From positions 940,236 through 1,004,235 of the forward strand of contig NW_003314321.1 in NCBI RefSeq assembly GCF_000143415.4: 64,000 nucleotides of DNA, read 5' to 3'. A program made the translations under genes and the position numbers. The stretch is from Selaginella moellendorffii (lineage: Eukaryota; Plantae; Lycopodiophyta). A model generated the notes under the pieces. That model did no database searches, was not told the origin of the DNA, and was given only the letters and a program-made list of their open reading frames with translations. Within the stretch, counting starts at the first letter, position 1; every line of letters starts with the position of its first letter. Below, piece after piece: positions 12,201 through 24,971 of the stretch.

Positions 12201-14731
12201 TTTTGGCTCCTAGCTTCGATATTGAAATTAGTATTTGCATCTAGCAATCATTAGTGATGATTAACTATGATCTAGGATAATTGATTATCCTGTCGAAGGT
12301 TTTGCTTGATTATCGTTAATCTAGAAGGATTTGCTATTCTTCGGGATGGTGGATTCCTTCTTAGACGATGATTTTGCATTTCTTTATTGATGGGATGATT
12401 GATGATTTTTTATGATGGTTAGTTATTCTCTTTGATAGCTTATAGCTTTTCGCAATACCACATATTCTTTGTGGTTTGCTTTGGATTGGTCTATTGGGTT
12501 TGAGACATTAGTAGGATGTTGCTAAGACTTGCTTAAGCAACTAGAGTTCCTTTGTATTGTTGGCCGGGATCTATTTAAATTGGCTAGTGTGATGGTTAGC
12601 ATGAATGCTATGTTTGTTAGTCTTGCCACATTCATTTTGTTCTGTTGATTATTACTCGAGTTAGTTTTGATAGATTAGGATGTTATTTCTTTCGGGTGAT
12701 ACATTCACAAGCATTGTGCTTGTTAGTCAATGATACTTTGTGTTCTTTGAGTTGTGTTTTGTGAGTTGTTTGGCATGCTATCTGCCATTTTTAGTAGTTA
12801 AATTTCATCATTGAGTTTCCTTGATAATCTACTTGCTATTGAATTTTGTTGGATGATGATTCTTATGTTTACCAATTATGATGATCTTGGTAGTTCCTAT
12901 ACTCAACTACTAGTTTATCGGATGATAACTTACTTGGAATACTTTTGTGTTCTAATCTAAGTTTTATTTATTGATAATTAAATCTTTAAGATATCATTGT
13001 CTATGACTTTGATATTGTCCATTTATTGATCTTTGAGTTTGGGCCAGTATAGGCAGACTGGCTTTGGCACTTCGGGTGCATGGTGAAATCTCTAGTCATG
13101 GGGTAGCTACTGTCGACTGGTCACATAACTCACCTCTTTGTTGATGTTCCTTATTTGTTAAAAGGGCATGACTGTGTAAACAACTTTAACTGCCTGTTTA
13201 CAGTAGTCTATCTAAACCTTACCGACATGTTTGGTTTCTTTGCTCAGGAGGGTTGGGGCCTCTAGCTTTTCTCTCTATGTCCCTGCGGGCAGGGGCGTAT
13301 CACACTTTTGTAAGCTAGGTGACTCCCAGAGCAGCAAGGGTGGTTGACTCCGTTGGTCATTTCCTTGTCGGCGACGGCCGGAAGGTGTCTAAGCTGGTAG
13401 TGCATCCGCGTTAGACAAAAAGGTTGCCTCCTAACTCATTTAAGTCGGTGCATTTCTCACATAGTGTGAATACTGTGAATTTTTTCTAGAGTTGTTTCCT
13501 TAGCGGTATTCTAGACTCGAGTATGTATTGACGAAGATGTCGATCTTCCCTAGGGGGGGAGAGTGTCGCAAATGTGACTTCGGGTATCGAAAGTTACTTG
13601 TCAGTCAGTCCTTACGGACACTCTTTCCTTATTGCCACGATGGCAGAATGTCGGTATTGCTAGACCCTTTATTAGTCCCTCTTGTGCTAGTGGAGTTAAC
13701 TGGGAATTTCGAGTGTACTTAAACCGGACGAGCATAAGGATGGAATTTCTACATGTTATTAGCTAAGCATACTTAGCCCGGTAAGGAGTTCCCATCTTGT
13801 TTTGTATTGCACTTGCTAGTGCCAAGAACCCTTATGTATTGGGATTAGTTCCTCAATATTGCTGGATGATAGCTTACCGTGTCTGCCAAACACCCTCGCT
13901 ATCATGCCCTTTATGTTAGTCTCATCCGGTCCCAAATGCTATTTATGGAAAGTGTCTAGATTTGCTCATTTGGCATATCTATGGAATGTAGAGATCGGCC
14001 TGAACACAATGGTGTTCGTCCCGTGTCCAAATTCGCATTCTAGTGCCATTCTATATTTAATAAGTTTCAAGCTTGTCCCAGAGACTAACTCCTGATACTA
14101 AGGGAGGCTTGGGGTGAAAGCCCAAAATGTGTGTTCCTCAGGGGGGGTGCGGGGGGGGGGAGCGCTATGGGGGGGTTCCAAATGTATAGTAGGGATAGTG
14201 GGTAGGTCGGGTATGGCCGACCAACCTAAGGCATAGTCTAGCTCTCGCTTGCGTGCTTGTCCTTGTTCTGCGTCTGGTTTGGGTCTAACCCTAAGTTCCA
14301 TTCTATGCTAATTGGTGGAGCACCTATGTCCTTGCGTTAGGCCACCAGTATGCCGAAATAGCGCTAGGCTCTGTTTGGCTCTGTTTGGCTCCGTTTTGCG
14401 TGTTGGTCCTGGCAATGGGATGCCGGTTGCTCTAGGACTATTCCAAGTCGCTCTGGGCTCCTGTCCCTTCACTCCTTGGGCTGTGTGCTCGAGAGTTGCT
14501 TTATGGTCCGATTCCATCACTCCTTGGCTCCATGCTTGGGAGTTTGGCACTGTTCCTTTGTTTAGTGGCCCAAGGCCCTGAACCTCGGGTTCTGCACCAT
14601 TGTCATTTGGACATGTGGCATATGACATGTGGTATGTGTCACATGGCATAAAGATGGTTTAGGTTCCGCTTTGTGGTGTTATCCTATGGTAAATCACCAT
14701 AGGATAAAGGGTAAAAACTACATATGCAATA
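6258..14731 (+). mobile_element. Non-autonomous, LARD-like LTR retrotransposon (8.5 kb)
   Basis: 5' LTR 6258-8585; 3' LTR 13564-14731; PBS TGGTATTAGAG at 8588; PPT AGGGGGGGAGAG at 13552-13563. Exact 5-bp TSD GTCAA, and the empty site is visible in copy 2 near 28166. The T/G-rich interior has no long ORFs. Confidence 0.92.
7140..7926 (+). pseudogene. Captured DUF1853-like (putative PD-(D/E)XK nuclease) gene relic inside the 5' LTR
   Basis: Motif order FLGPH, DRKNRLKTHLTL, LLYGYLFYE, WKGWW, WYIVPKMEWLSP, ERRRGFIVEDSWP matches my recollection of DUF1853. Frameshifts near 7325 and 7387. Confidence 0.6.
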
Positions 14732-17700
14732 GTCAAATTCAAAGAAATCAGAATACTCCTTCATGAGCTGGTCAACTGCTGCAACACAAAGATTGTCAGA
14801 GGGATCAAAAAAGGGAAGAGCAGACCAAGATGGAAAAATAGGAGGAAATATTGGGGGGGGGGGGGGGGGGCGACAAAAGTAATGAAAGCAGAGGTGGAAG
14901 TAAAAGGACAAAAAGGTACGGAAGTGAGAGAAATGGATGAAACATAAGAAAGTATGAGATAAAGGGGAAAAGCCTCAAAGTTACACTTGGTATAATTGTG
15001 CTGCAACCAATCCATACCAAGGATGAGGTCAAAAACTTGACTCAACACCACCCGCAATGACTATAACTCAAGCTCAAGATCACCCATACGCACAATCAGG
15101 TCTGCCTCATCCCATGCACATGCATGTGTACGGCTGTTGCCATAAAAAATAAAAACTGGTTCCGCCATATGACGCAAGTGTAGATGGCAATGTGTGGCAA
15201 CAAGTTGAGCAATAGAAGATAAACTTGAACTTGTATCAACCAACACGGAGAGAATAATATGAGACCTCTTGTTATAAAAATGAGCTTGGAAAGTAAATAC
15301 TAGATGAACTGATGCTGAGTGAACCACTTGATGATACTCCCGAAAAAAAGATAGAGGGGTCACTGATTTATTTGCGCAAGGCCCCTCCATTACTTGCATG
15401 ACTCCTCGTTTCCCAAATGCATCTCGGTATCCAGACCTTTCACTACAGCAACACCAATAGAATGTTGTTGATGCCAAGGTCTCCACCCAGGAAATGGTGG
15501 CCGCCAATCTGGAAAATGCTAACAACGCCAATAAGTGTGACCAACTTCATCACATGCTCAGCAACGAACATCACAGCCACGACCATAGCCTTTCCTTTGT
15601 CTTTGAACTCGAGCAATAGCAGTTGGAACAACCTCCATTGGAATAGGACCATCACCCATAGAAAGTGGAGCTGAAGGACAGGCAGCGAGAAGTGGAAGAG
15701 ACAATGTCTCATAACATTGTGCCAAGCGAAGAGCATCATCAAGGGTGGCAGGAGCAAGTGCATGGATAAGTCTGAAAAAATCTTGAAGAAGTGCTGGCCA
15801 CAACATTCCTAGTTTGATCCGCTCTGACATATTAAGCTCCACACGAAGAAAAAGACTTCGGAAATGAATGCCAAATTGCATCACCAACTTAGATAGCCTC
15901 TAGCAAAGACAATGCAATTGTTAGAAGGCATCATCACAATCGTTGACATGTCCAAATGTATGTTTGAAGATGTCCGGGAGAACACTCCAATCCCCACGAG
16001 TGGCTGCACTCAAACTATTGTACCACTGCAATGCTGTCTCTTGGAGACACGTGGAAAACTCACGCAAATGTCGAACATCATCCCAAGAATGATATGTGGC
16101 AATCACCATGAAGTGATCGAACCAATGGTACACATCATCCCGAGGATTCCTGCAAAAGAACTCCAGCTGAACGCAAGGATTGACACCAAGAGCAGGAGGA
16201 GTTGTACCACATGCCGTGAACACTGCCATCAATTGAGTTTGGTTGTTCAATTGCAAGCACATAACATCAAGCAATTGTACCAATTGCTGCTCCAGAGTCA
16301 AAGAATGAGATTGCTGATTTACCATGAAGATGAACGAAAAAGAAAGAGCAAAAGAAAAGAAATGACAAAAAGCTAGAAGGAAATGGAAATCTAGACAATG
16401 CAAAAAGTTAGATCTAAACCAAAATCCTAAATCCAAACACTCCTCAGAGATAATGAAAGGTGCCTCTTACCTCCACCAATGTGAGTGTTTGGAATATAGA
16501 AAGGGAATATAGAAAATATGCATATCAATTAGCCCAAAAACCTTAGTTTATAAACAAGAGTGGAGAGGTCTGAATTGAAATCAATCCAATGGCTATCAAA
16601 ATCCCATTACGCTAATATTAGTATATGGCATTATAGCTGTACATTTAGCCTTCACAACACTAAATAACATTTTAACATTTTAACATTTTACATATAAGTC
16701 TACACAATTGAATTATTAATTTTTACCTTTTAATTGATTTAATTAATTAACATTGTTATAGTATAATTGGCTTTTTCTTTTATAATCTTTTTATATTTGA
16801 GTTCTTTACAGTGTTTTATGAGTATGAAGGCTTTTATAAAAATAATTTATTGACTTGAAAGGCATTATCATAGTTGCAATTATGTTTTCACCTCTTCAAC
16901 TAGCTTTTTTTATAAAATAGGATTATAGGCTACAATAGCAAAAATTTTAATAAATGATTAAAATTTTAAAATTTTATTAATGAAAATCAACTATTTGGTA
17001 AAATTTTGCAATTACTTTTTATTTTAAAAATAAATTTAAACACCACAAAAATAAATTTAAAAAGTATTTAAAATATTCTTGGATAAAACTTATATGCTAA
17101 GTTTAAATTACTTTTTATAATCACTTTTCATATGTGTAATTGCACTAAAAATGTTTTTAAAGATTTTCTAAAAATATAAATTATCTTTTTTAATATTTTT
17201 TATATGCTTGTTTTATTATTGGTATTGCTAAATTATATACATCTTTAAAAAAACTTTTGTGATTAAATATATATTTAGATTTTGAGTTATGGTGTACTTT
17301 ACTTTATTCAACTTAACATTTAATAATAATAATTTATTAATATTTTAATGTTTTAATTTTGAGATTACACAACAACAATTTATATAATACAAGAAATATG
17401 GTTGGGATTGAAATTGTAGCATTCACATACTTTAAATTTAAATTTTTGTATGTAGTGACTGCCTCGTTATTATTAATGACAATAAAGGGTTGGTAAATTA
17501 AATATTAAATTTTTTTTAAATTTTTTTTAAAGGTTAGAAATCCCACTAAAATAGATTATTCTGGATGTTTATACTTCATAGTTTTTTTGTGTTATTAGTT
17601 ATTGAAATCATTCATAAGTTTTAATTTTTTAATTTTTCTAATTTTTAGTTTATAATTTTTTTTAAAATGTGAATTTTAATGTACTATTTTTAGAAAAAAA

Positions 17701-18272
17701 ATATAAGAAAAAAGAATTTGACAACTAAAAAGAGCCTTTGATCAATTGACATTGTTTGAATAAATTATTTTAATTTTATTAGTCTTTTCATATAAACTTA
17801 ACTGAAAGCTAAGTGGAACAACAACAACATCAAAACTAACTTAAAAAGCAAGTTGTAAAGGATTTACTTTTTTATTTGAGCTTTTTTATTATGATTCCTA
17901 TGTAATCCCCTTTGCATAGGTTTTAAATTTTTAAATACAACACATGTTTTTGATACTTGAATTCATTACTGGAATTTCCAATGGCACATCCAAAAGGATA
18001 ATGAAGCTCATAGCTGCCAATCATAAATTCAAGGTGATAGATGCAACAAACGCCTTCAGAAAAAACAGCCTAGCTAGCTGCTGACAAATAAACTTCATGC
18101 CAGCATTTGCTTGACAAAGATCCCAAGCAAGGAGTGTTGAGCATGTACCTGCCTGCTGTGCTTGATTCAGGCAAAGTTTCTCCATTCTTATGCCAATCAA
18201 TCTTCACTTGGATTCAACCAACAGCAACACACATTCTTGTTTCTTTATCCATGTCGGATGATGATGAATTGC

Positions 18273-18640
18273 TCAGCAGCGAGAGTTCCCAGGATCCAGC
18301 GCCAGAACTCCTTGCGCCACACGAGCTCCCCTCGCAAGATCATTGTGGATCCTACACCCTCCAAGCAAAACCGTCCACTCCACAACATCCGGCTCAAACT
18401 GCATGCTATACACAAGCTCCTCCGCATCGCCCAAATGCCCAGCTCGTCCCAGGAGATGAACCAGCGCGCAATAGTGCTCCCTGTGAGGGCAAACTCCATA
18501 ATCCGCCACCATTGTCACAAAACACTCGCGTCCATCGTAGACAGTCCCGCCATGGCCAGGAGAACGCACGTAAAGCATATTCCATCCTATCCCGTCCAGT
18601 GGAAATCTCCCGGAAGCCTTCCTTAAAATTGCTGCTGTGC
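18273..18640 (-). pseudogene. PLS/E-class PPR gene fragment (C-terminal repeats and E domain)
   Basis: EHYCALVHLLGRAGHLGDAEELVYSMQFEPDVVEWTVLLGGCRIH. Truncated and frameshifted on both sides. Confidence 0.88.
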
Positions 18641-19203
18641 ACTGTAATCAAGTCCTCCATACCTCTTCATATTGTCCAACATGACAAGTGGGAAGTGCAA
18701 ACTAGAACACCAAAAAGTTTTAAATGCAGTTTTATAAACTTATGTTGTTGACAAGCTCATCTCTTGGGAGAAGAACTTGAGCTAGGATCATTTCTCTGCC
18801 TAGAGAAAATTGTGTGTCTCTGCTTGTGTACATGCATGCTCATACTTGTTAGAGCAAAAGACTAACATTTGCTCATAGTTAGTTTATGAGCTAACTAAAC
18901 TCATAGTTAGTTTGTAAAGTGCTCATAGTTTTCTAGGATTTGCTCATAGTTATGAGCAGCTTTCCAATCTGAAGTAAAAGGTTGTGTTTAAGTTCTATAG
19001 TCAAAATCTTTAAGGAAAGTTTTTGGAAAATGAATATGAATATTTATTTCATTTTTTAATTTATATGAAGGTCCTAGAAATTTTGAATTCAATTAATAAG
19101 TATAAAATAATCAAAAAAATAATCTTTATTATTTAATGTTTGTTTTCTCTAACTATTCAACATAATAGGAAAGCAAACCAAGCTTTGATGTGTAACATTA
19201 TTC

Positions 19204-20097
19204 TTATTTTATACAATTGACATGGTTATAAGTATTTGTTGCCCACCAAATTTTATTTGGTCTTTTCACTTCATAAGAAACTAGATTGCAATCATTTTGT
19301 AAAGTTAAAAATGTTATAGATAAACATTTAATGCAATATTTATTAATAGACCACATAATAGTATTGTTTTCAGAATATAATACTATATTGCCATCTGTTT
19401 GAAGAGTAAAAACACAATGTCCAAAATAATCATATTTACTTCCTTTCCTCCATAATAAATATTTTCCAGAATATAAAGAAACTTTACAATTTGACTCAAC
19501 CAGTAAAATATTTTTACCATTTGGAGATCTTATAAATTGGTTTGTATAAAGTAAATTATTTTTAAATCCAATTTTTAAAGATGTTTTACTCATATCACAA
19601 TTATTAGTACTATGTAATGAATAGGTATTATCTTTATTTTTATATCTGTTGTGATTATATTTAAAAACTATACTATATTCAAGTTGATAAAGTGTAGAAA
19701 TTATTTGACATTCATTAGAACGTGCTTTAATTAAAGCATTTTTATATGAATTAAGTATTCTTCTAAATGCTGCTCTTAATGAATTACCATGGATTGTATC
19801 TATATTATTTGAAAATGGACTTGATTCACAATAAGGTGGGTTACCTTCCATTCTAGAAAAAGTCACAACTGCATAACCTGTAGAACCTAAATTAACCACA
19901 TATAAATCTTCATAATTTACTGGATAACTTGTATTTATTGTATGAATTTTACTTAATAAATTATTAAATCCATGATTAATAATCATTCCTATTTCTTGCT
20001 CTGACAAGGAATTATTTTTCCCCCAGTAAACTTCAGGCATTCCATAAACAATAGAAAAATAAAATATAATTATTGTTGAGTTTATAAATTTAATCAT
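19204..20097 (-). CDS. Secreted protein with unknown N-terminal domain and C-terminal bulb-type (GNA/B) mannose-binding lectin domain
   Basis: Intact intronless 297-aa ORF with a hydrophobic N-terminus. QxDxNxVxY sites LQTDGNIVLY and LQNDCNLVSY, plus SPNG and WATNT motifs. Confidence 0.8.
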   Translation of the reverse strand: MIKFINSTIIIFYFSIVYGMPEVYWGKNNSLSEQEIGMIINHGFNNLLSKIHTINTSYPVNYEDLYVVNLGSTGYAVVTFSRMEGNPPYCESSPFSNNIDTIHGNSLRAAFRRILNSYKNALIKARSNECQIISTLYQLEYSIVFKYNHNRYKNKDNTYSLHSTNNCDMSKTSLKIGFKNNLLYTNQFIRSPNGKNILLVESNCKVSLYSGKYLLWRKGSKYDYFGHCVFTLQTDGNIVLYSENNTIMWSINKYCIKCLSITFLTLQNDCNLVSYEVKRPNKIWWATNTYNHVNCIK

Positions 20098-20223
20098 TCT
20101 TAAAATATACTTAAATTTATATTATAGATAATTTTAATTTATAGAAAAGTAATTTACTTTACCTTTATTTAAAATTACATTATTTTTTTAATAAGAAATA
20201 GTGATAATATCTAATTAATTACA

Positions 20224-23200
20224 TATAAGACACAAATCCCTAATCCCCAAAGTGGAGTAGAAAGGGTGCCATATGGTAGTGGTCGAAGAAGAAGTCCAAC
20301 AAACGTAACGTGTTCAGACCTAAGGCTCTAACTTGAAAAGTTGAAAATAAGAGTGGAACTCCAAACGAAGTGCTCAAGAGATGAGTATGAAACAATTGGT
20401 GAATGAATCTCTAAAAAGGGACACAAAAAAGATTGACACATAGCAAGTATTGTGACACATGAAAGTGTCAAGAACGAGTCCAAAAAGGAGTCTAAGATGG
20501 AGTCCGATATAAACTTGAGATAGAGTACAAGATGGACCCAAGATAGACCCAAGATGGATCCGAGATAGAGTCTGAGATGAAGTCTGAGATGGATCCAAGA
20601 TGGGTTCAAGATAGATCTGAGATGAAGTCTGAGATGGAATCTGATATAGACCCGAGATGGAGTTCGAGATGAGTTCAAGATGGAGTCCGAGATAGACATA
20701 AATGTAAATGACTAAATTTTCTATTTTACTTTAGTCATTTAACCACATCTTCAACCACTTGGAAGGGTTTCATTTATAACCTTCATAAGTCTTATTCCGG
20801 ATTTAGGGACTTGCTAGCCCCATGAATGGCATTTATGCCATTTAACTTTTGCATTTGGTCTAAGTGCTCCACATGTTCGATCCTTTAACTGACACCCAAA
20901 GATACCATTGACATATTAGTCTGTTATGTTAAAGCCATGCCTATTCATCCTTGTCACATTAGTAGTCCAAGACCACCTACATCACAGTCCCGTCTCTCGA
21001 AGACTGGGCCATTTGTCCATGAGTGGTCATCCCTTGACCACACCTTAGGATGTTTGAAGATATAAGGAACACCCTTCCTTAATATCCCTTTCTCCAACCC
21101 CACCAAATCCCTTTCCATACACAACCGTACTTGCTAACACCACCACTCCTAAAGGCCCGACCACTAAGTCTCATTGACTTTTGGGACTTCCTTACCATGT
21201 GATAGCATCCTTGGTCACTATACCAAAGCACTATTCTTCTTCCTGTTCATAGTTTAGGACTTTAAAATGATATTTTGGAACTCCATAGCCTTACGCAAGC
21301 CTCATAGGTATTCTCCCCACCTTTTGCCTTTGGGTGCCCTAGCTATGGGGTTAGAGTGAGGTTCTGTTGAGCCACAGTAGATATCCAAATAGGTAGTGCT
21401 ACCCACACTTGGACTAGGAGTATTGACCATTCAATCTCTCGAGGGAGGTAGAGCTGGCTTTTGAACACTTCACCAAGCTACCCTGCTTGTCTATCTGTAT
21501 TCACTCGAGTTTTGGATTTTTTAATGGATATATCATCACCCAACACATAGGTATAACCTTCCTTAATCACATTGGCATTTCTTGGCCAAATTGGCTCCAC
21601 TAAAGTTCTACCCCTACTATACTTTTGGAGCTCACCAAACCCCTCAAAGTCTGGAAGACAATTGCTTTAAGCTTTCACTCTTGGACTCAGACTTGGACTT
21701 GAACTTGGACTTGGACTCAAACTCAGTTTTGGACTCGGTCTTAGTCTCGGTCTTGGTCTTGGCCTTGGTCTCGACCTCAGATTCCATCTCAGGTCTATTT
21801 CGGACTCCATCTCAAGTCCATCTCAGACTCCATATCGGGTCCATCTCGGACTCCATCTCAAGTCTATATCGAGTCCATCTCAGATCTATATTGGACTCCA
21901 TCTCGGACTGCATCTTAGGTCTATATTAGGTCCATCTTGGATCCATATCGAACTCCATTTCAGACTCCATCTCTTTACTCCTTCTTGGCCTTGTTTCCGA
22001 CACTTCGATGTGTCACAACACTTACTATATGTCAGTCCTTCTTGTGTCTTTTTTTAGAAATTCATTCATTGATTGCTTCGTGCTCATCCCTTGAGCACTT
22101 CATTCGGAGTTCCACTCCCACTCTCGACTTTCCAAGTCAAAGCCTTTGGTCCAAATATGTTACACTTATTAGACTTCCACTTTGACCACTACCATGTGGC
22201 ACTCTTTTTTCTCCACTTTATGGCTTAGGGATTTGTATCTCACACCATAGAGTTCAAGATGGACCTGAAATGGAGTCTAAGATGGAGTTTGAGATGGACC
22301 CCCGATGGAATCTGACGTCGAGACTGAGAAAGAGACCAAGACCGAGACCAAGATTGAGATCGAGACTGAGACTAAGATCGAGGCCAAGTTTGAGACCGAC
22401 ATTGAGTCAGAGTTTAAGTCTAAGTCCGAGTCTAATTCTAAGTCCAAGTCCAAAGGTGAAAGCCCAAAGCAATCATTTCCCAGACCTTAGGGGGTTTGGT
22501 GAGCTCTAAAAGTATAGCAAGAGGAGGACTCTAGTGGAGCTAATTTGGGCTAGTTTGGCCAAGAAAGGCTAGTATGACAAAGGAAGGCTAAACTCACATG
22601 GTGGGTGAGGTTATAACCACTGAGGATTCTAAGGCTAGAGTGAACATAGTAAGACAAATTGGGTAATTTGGTGAAGTGTTCAAGAGCCGGCTCTAGCTCC
22701 TCTGGGAGATCAAATAGTCGATGCTCCCAATCCAAGTGTGGGTGGCACTACCTACTTAGATACTTGGTATGGCTCATCGGAACTTCACTCTAGCCTCATC
22801 GCTAAGGCACCTAAAGGCGGAAGGTGGGGAGAGTACCCACAAGGCTTATGTAGGGCCACAATGTTTTAGAATGTCATCCCAAAGTCCTACACTATAGAAA
22901 GAAAGAAGAACAATCCTCTTATATAGTGACTAAGGATATGGTCATATGGTAAAGAAGTTCTAAAGGTTAGTGGGACTTAGTGGTTGGGCATTCAAGCCCT
23001 AACCTAGGGGCAGTGTTAGTGAGTATAGTTGTGGATGAAAAGGGATTTGGTGGGGATTGAAGAAGGGAATTGGGGAAGGGTATTCCCTATATCCCTAGGC
23101 ATCCTAAGGGTGTTAAGGTGTGGTCAAAGGATAACCATTCATGGACAAGTGGTTTAGTCTTTGAAAGATAGGATTGTAATGTAGGTGTTCTTAGACCACC

Positions 23201-23458
23201 CATGTGACAAAGTTAAATGGGCATTGCCTTAGTGTAATGGGTTGATATGTCAATCGTACCTTTAGTTATCAGTTATGGGATCAAACATATGAAGCACTTG
23301 AACCAAGTGCAAAGGCTAAGTGGCATAAATGCCATTTTTGGGGCTAGCATGTCCCTAAGTCGGGAATAAGACTTATGGAAGTCATAAGTGAGATGCCTCC
23401 ATATGGTCAAAAGTTTGGTTAAGTGATTAAAGTAGAATGGAAAATTTAGTCACTTATA
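20224..23458 (+). mobile_element. Solo LTR (GAGATGGAGTCC-repeat family) interrupted by an inverted copy of the same family
   Basis: Termini tataagacacaaatcc ... aatttagtcacttata are deaminated versions of TGTGAGACAC...CGCTTACA. TSD ttaca/ctaca. Homologous to 32061-33862. Confidence 0.8.
20703..22244 (-). mobile_element. Solo LTR of the same family, nested in inverted orientation
   Basis: Starts tgtaaatgactaaatttt, ends gatttgtatctcaca, and is collinear with 32061-33862. No clean TSD seen. Confidence 0.8.
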
Positions 23459-23769
23459 CTACAATTATTAATATGTTACTAAGTAATATGTTGTTAAGTT
23501 TCATACCTTTTGCTCATGGGGCTATATAAATCTAATTTAGCGTTGTCAATTTTCACTTTAGATGGGCCTAGCCACTAGGATACTTGATGGTGATATATCA
23601 TTCTAAACAACAATTAAGAGAGGTTCAAAATTCTCACTAGATTATATTGCCATCTATAAGTTAAAAAAATTCCTTTGCCAATTTAGCAACTATAATAAAC
23701 CAGCTCATTGAGGTGTTATATGCTAAAAGATCCCCTGAAATCATAACTAAAATGATAAAAAGTTTATCA

Positions 23770-24971
23770 GATAAAATTGAGTCTAAGACCAAGTTCAAAA
23801 TCGAATCCAAGACCAACTTTAAATACTAATACAAATGATAGGGGGGGGGGGGGGGGGGGGGGGGGGGTTTTAAAAGGTTCCCAAAATTTTGTAAAAAAAG
23901 TAAGTCTTGGAAAAAATCCCCAAGGGGGGCTCCAAAATTAAAAAAGAATGGGAATGGGGGGTAAAAACTTTGGGGGGGGGGAAAAATGGGCTTTAAGGGG
24001 GGGAAAAAAACTTTTTTAAAAAAGGGTCCAATTCCCCCCCCCCAAAAAAAAAATAAACAAAAAGGCTCCCACCTAAAAAAAAATATGGCCTATTTAAAAA
24101 CCCTTGGGCCCCCCCCTTTCCCAGGGGGTTGGGCCTCCCCTTTGGAAGGGGGGGGGGGGGTAAAAAATTTNNNNNNNNNNNNNNNNNNNNNNNNNNNNNN
24201 NNNNNNNNNNNNNNNNNNNNNNNNNNNNNNNNNNNNNNNNNNNNNNNNNNNNNNNNNNNNNNNNNNNNNNTTGTAAAGGGTTCCAAAAGTATAGTAGAGA
24301 TAGTAAGTCTTGAAAGAATTCCCTAGTGGTGCTTCTAAATTGAATAAGGATTGGGATTGGGGGTTAGTAACTTTGGGTAGGAGTAAATATGGACTTAAAG
24401 GGTGCGAAATAAGCTTTTTAAAGAAGTGTTCAAATTCCCACTCTCGAAAGAGAAATTAACTATAATGCTTCTAACTTAAATAAAATTATGTCTTATTTAA
24501 ATACCATTGGTCCTCACCTTTTCCTAGGGGTTTGAGCTTCCCTTTAGGATGGAGGTGGGGAGTTAAGATATTTATATCGGGTTAGTAGGCCATGATATTT
24601 CCCTTAGGATTCTAAATTAAGAAATGCATCTAAGGCTTAAGATTTAAAGGGTCCTATGAATAAGTTTTATTGTACTATAGGATGGTAAGAATCTAGAGGT
24701 TTGGTGTATTTAGTTGCTTGTATCTCTAAGGAGTGTAATAAACCTTAAGTATAGTTTAACTTAGGGAGGGGGATTCAGAGAGAGTTTGAGGAATCCATGA
24801 CAAGCTGGTTAACACTTTATTGCTCATGCAATAAGTAGTTAAATATAAATAGAACTAAGCAAGACTTAGTATAATATACATGAATATTAGTAAAGGAACT
24901 TAATTAGAGTTATGGCAAATGTGTTTGGATAGACGGGGTAAATTAGCAAATTAAAAAATGAAAAACTTACA
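23770..24971 (+). repeat. Decayed LTR copy related to 2641-3537, spanning the assembly gap
   Basis: 24271-24971 aligns by eye with ~2820-3537, with many C>T/G>A changes, and ends ...cttaCA. Confidence 0.7.
24171..24270. other. Assembly gap (100 N) preceded by a low-quality read tail
   Basis: N run. 23842-24170 is poly-G followed by homopolymer-smeared sequence. Confidence 0.97.

Larger units (their letters stand above)
3538..16656 (-). mobile_element. Short-LTR non-chromovirus Ty3/gypsy element, copy 1; 3'-truncated and interrupted by a TRIM and an 8.5-kb element
   Basis: LTR 16480-16656; PBS TGGTGGAG; gag ORFs 15921-16436 and 15558-15887; protease LVDTSS; RT 5830-6126; RNase H 3807-4625. 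Collinear with copy 2 at 25363-30139. Confidence 0.93.

Noticed and set aside
23986-24326. ORFs spanning the N run
   Set aside because: Artefacts of low-quality sequence and Ns.
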